Part shown: in pieces, positions 35,907 to 37,874 of the stretch
Layout of the letters: each line of letters opens with the position of its first letter
Numbering within the stretch: position 1 is the stretch's first letter
DNA from: Chiloscyllium plagiosum
Lineage: Eukaryota
NCBI RefSeq assembly: GCF_004010195.1
Contig: NC_057719.1
Location: 12,200,028-12,237,901 of the forward strand
Reading direction: 5' to 3'
Length of the DNA stretch: 37,874 nt
Made by a program: the position numbers and the translations under genes
The notes under the pieces: generated by a model
Databases searched by the model: none
The model's input: the letters and a program-made list of their open reading frames with translations, nothing else
What the model was told of the DNA's origin: nothing

Positions 35907-36577
35907 GTTGAATTGAACTAAGATTAAATTTGAAATGCACAAAATATTTAGTTCACCCTTCTGGTAGGTAATTGTCATGTTAAAAGATTTGATTATCAAC
36001 TCATTTCTCTGGTGTTGTAATTAATTCTGTCTCAGAACTTGTTTCATTAAAATGAAACAGTTGAGTTGTAGTTAACAATATTAATGGAGTTGAGGGGAGA
36101 GAGAGAAACCCTTGTTATATATTTCGTTGTTCTAAAGCTGACGTGATACCGTTCATCTTATTTTAGCTTATTCAGGCTTTCACACATGCACCAGCAGTTG
36201 TTGAGGCTACAAAAGGAGGGAAGTTTCGACTTCTAGATGGGAATGTCAGTGGGGAATTCTTGGAACTGGTGAGTGTCTGTGATTTTAAAATCTTGCATCA
36301 CAAGTTGGGGACTTTAAAAATCTTTTTGGGGCCTAGAATCGAAGTCAACTTTCCATGCCTCTTGATGTTTAAATCTAAGGTACATTTATCCAAGTGGTAG
36401 CATATGGTAGTGATTTGATTAAAAAATAATTCTATCTAATTTTGTGTTCAGAAATTAATATAAGAACCCATATGGTAATGTTGAATTGAACTAAGATTAA
36501 ATTTGAAATGCACAAAATATTTAGTTCACCCTTCTGGTAGGTAATTGTCATGTTAAAAGATTTGATTATCAACTCAT
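35907..36577. repeat. 98-bp perfect direct repeat flanking exon 7 (35907-36004 and 36480-36577)
   Basis: gttgaattgaactaagattaaatttg...gatttgattatcaactcat reads identically at both positions. Confidence 0.92.
36167..36268 (+). CDS. AHSA1: AHSA1 coding exon 7 (LIQAFTHAPAVVEATKGGKFRLLDGNVSGEFLEL)
   Basis: Acceptor ttttag|CTT, donor CTG|gtgagt, 102 nt. Conserved GGKF..DGNVSGEF of the C-terminal SRPBCC/START-like domain. Confidence 0.96.
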
Positions 36578-37018
36578 ACTTAGAGGCAGTTTAATTTCTG
36601 GGATCACACTCCATAAATTGATTGGGGGAGGGGGTAGTGATACGGGAAGAATTTTTGAATCAAAATTTTATTTGATTTGCTTTTCCCCACACTTATCCAA
36701 AAAATTTTGGTTCCTGGTGTTTACAAGGGAAAAGCCTTCCCATGCTTGTTACTTCTCCAGTTTTTGGAGAAGAGAAATTCAAAACCACATGCGATGTGAA
36801 TCTGTAGTAAAATTTGCAGTGCTGAAGTCTCTCAACTAAGGCTAATTTTAGTGTAGTGACTTCATAATTTTTGTTTTTTCTTTGCTCCTATGTGAAGGAT
36901 GTGAGAGTAAGTTCTGACTTCTAGAGGGGAATGACCGTGGGGAGTAGTGCTTGCTGTTAGTGGTGATGTTTTCACATAAACACTATCAACATACTGATGA
37001 CCTAATTTTATTGACCAG

Positions 37019-37070
37019 GTTTCCGAGCAACGGATTATTATGAAATGGAGGTACAAGTCATGGCCAACTG
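37019..37070 (+). CDS. AHSA1: AHSA1 coding exon 8 (VSEQRIIMKWRYKSWPT-G); the gene continues past the window end
   Basis: Acceptor accag|GTT, donor G|gtatgt, 52 nt. Conserved MKWR.KSWP. No final exon or stop codon was found before 37874. Confidence 0.94.
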
Positions 37071-37329
37071 GTATGTTTTTGTCCCTGTAGAGTTAATTGT
37101 TAAATATAACTATACCCGACAGAGCAAGAATTTGACTAAACTTTATATTGGCTAAAGTTCTCAATGCATTAATGAGTAGTGCCGTACAATGTATATACTT
37201 GATTCTAGCCCAGCCAAGTTATTTCAGTACACTTACAACATTGGCATCTACCTAACTATATAGAAAATTATTCAAGTCCTGTACACAAGCAGCAGGACAA
37301 ATTAAACCTGGCCAATTACTATCATTTCA

Positions 37330-37820
37330 GTCTCCTCTATTGTCAGTGATGGAGGGAAGTCTTTGATAGTACCACTTGATAACACCTGTAAAAGAATAAC
37401 CTGATCTCGGACATTTCAGGTTGGAATAAGACAGCCATTCAGCTCCCTCCTCATGAACTTGATCCAACCATGGACAAAGAGTCGAACTTGGAGTGAGGGT
37501 AGTTACCATAAAGTAGCATTTGACAGTATGGCATCAAAAGCTTCAAGAAAACTGGAGTAAATGGGAATCATTGGGGGATATGGGATCTCTGCTAGTTGGA
37601 GTCATACCTGACAAAATAAGTTAGTCATAAAGATGGACAGCACAGAAAAAGACCCTTCTGACTGACTCATCCATGCTGACCAGATATCCTAAATTAATCT
37701 AGTCCCGTTTGCCAGCACTTGGCCCATATTGCTCTAAACCTTCCTATTCATGTTCATGTTCCCATGATAATGCCCTTTTAAACATTTGTACCTGTACCAG
37801 CCTCTGTCACTTCCTCTTCC
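37330..37820. mobile_element. CR1 remnants (plus-strand RT piece, then a minus-strand 3' tail from about 37625)
   Basis: The tail ccatgctgaccagatatcctaa...gtttgccagcact matches 28815-28862. Confidence 0.65.
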
Positions 37821-37874
37821 CCCCCCCCCCTCACTCTTTCCCCCCCCCTCACTCTTTCCCCCCCCCTCACTCTT
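37820..37874. repeat. Simple tandem repeat (C)n-TCACTCTTT
   Basis: Three units run to the window end. Confidence 0.85.

Noticed and set aside
36885..36985. snoRNA in intron 7 (TATGTGAA/TTCACATA stem followed by ACA)
   Set aside because: Only one short closing helix, with no clear H box or second hairpin, and very close to the branch point.
1..37874. Prokaryotic systems (CRISPR, retron, operon)
   Set aside because: The spliced gene and vertebrate retroelements explain the RT motifs and repeats. There is no regularly spaced repeat-spacer array.

Overview
Eukaryotic (vertebrate) genomic DNA, most likely a shark or ray. This is inferred from an HE1-type SINE and the CR1/Penelope-like repeat content. 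The window holds the promoter and the first 8 coding exons of AHSA1 (Aha1, activator of HSP90 ATPase) on the + strand: 3754-3833, 20466-20656, 22306-22388, 24634-24751, 26927-27015, 30242-30370, 36167-36268, 37019-37070. These join into one open frame of 844 nt (281 codons + 1 nt), and the last exon lies beyond the window. Intron 6 has a non-canonical GC donor. The CpG-rich promoter carries heat-shock-element-like, ETS/Sp1 and CRE-like motifs. The rest is mostly decayed retroelements: CR1, Rex1/Babar-like and Tx1-like LINEs, two families of Penelope-like elements (PLEs), and tRNA-derived SINEs. Nearly all ORFs in the supplied track are TE fragments or noise. The most notable hidden signals are (1) minimal hammerhead-ribozyme motifs of two distinct types in the PLE terminal repeats, including a 127-bp ribozyme-bearing mini-insertion with a perfect 16-bp target-site duplication; (2) inverted PLE arms in intron 1; (3) a target site apparently hit twice by LINE 3' ends; (4) a decayed partial copy of exon 2; and (5) a perfect 98-bp direct repeat bracketing exon 7. 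PLE hammerheads are a described phenomenon in general, and I cannot establish from sequence alone that anything here is a wholly new system.
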